The notes below the pieces were generated by a model. The model was given only the letters and a program-made list of their open reading frames with translations, did no database searches and was not told the DNA's origin. Shown one piece after another: positions 63,801 through 64,000 of a stretch of DNA of 64,000 bases (position 1 is its first letter; each line of letters starts with the position of its first letter). This stretch comes from Calditrichales bacterium (lineage in GTDB: Bacteria > Calditrichota > Calditrichia > Calditrichales > J004): contig OZ254086.1 of assembly GCA_965267575.1 (NCBI GenBank), positions 2,368,001-2,432,000 of the forward strand. Reading direction: 5' to 3'. The position numbers were made by a program, and so were the translations under genes.

Positions 63801-64000
63801 CTAAAGCTTCAATCCCTTGTACCAGATATTCATGCTTTCAATCTGTCCGGATATCTGCGTGTTGTTAATCAGCGTGCCGCCGAAAAGGTATCCGGCTTTG
63901 GAAAAGGTCACGTTCATGCCCGCGGAAAGCGCCCGGGCGATTGTATAAACGGTGTGGTAGCCCTCTTTGCGCATAAGCGCTTCCATCTCTTTCAGCAGCA
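63801..64000 (-). CDS. ablB: Beta-lysine N-acetyltransferase (AblB/YodP family), 3' end only
   Basis: [41 protein letters not shown]. Confidence 0.85.
   Translation of the reverse strand, partial: LLKEMEALMRKEGYHTVYTIARALSAGMNVTFSKAGYLFGGTLINNTQISGQIESMNIWYKGLKL

Overview
Bacterial chromosomal window (moderate GC, with several AT-richer patches). The gene content and repeat types suggest an anaerobic or facultative Gram-negative organism, possibly Calditrichota or the FCB group; this is an inference only. I see no rRNA, tRNA or CRISPR array. The most interesting locus is at 1.4-7.7 kb. It is an operon behind a Rex-type operator that encodes (i) an octaheme tetrathionate-reductase (Otr) family cytochrome, (ii) a heptaheme Otr paralog that has lost the catalytic-heme CxxC and is fused to a four-His cytochrome b, (iii) a YeeE/YedE half-transporter, and (iv) a second YeeE/YedE half fused to a Cys-less rhodanese domain ending in a SoxY-like GGCG tail. 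Together these form a candidate quinol-to-sulfur-compound respiratory and sulfur-relay system. The rest is a mosaic of housekeeping and accessory genes: ppc, a Tat sulfatase, an HxlR/DJ-1/KefFC stress cluster, NamZ, a P-type ATPase, MscS, a STAND-LuxR regulator with phased TACGGT boxes, a toxin-antitoxin-rich islet, an RND pump, a ZIP transporter, a WG-repeat protein, a radical SAM enzyme, ArsC and a Crp-DUF2892 pair. At least four families of small palindromic or periodic intergenic repeats are present, including REPIN-like elements flanking a frameshifted IS200-like/RAYT transposase. Several start codons were moved from the ORF track to the nearest RBS-supported ATG.
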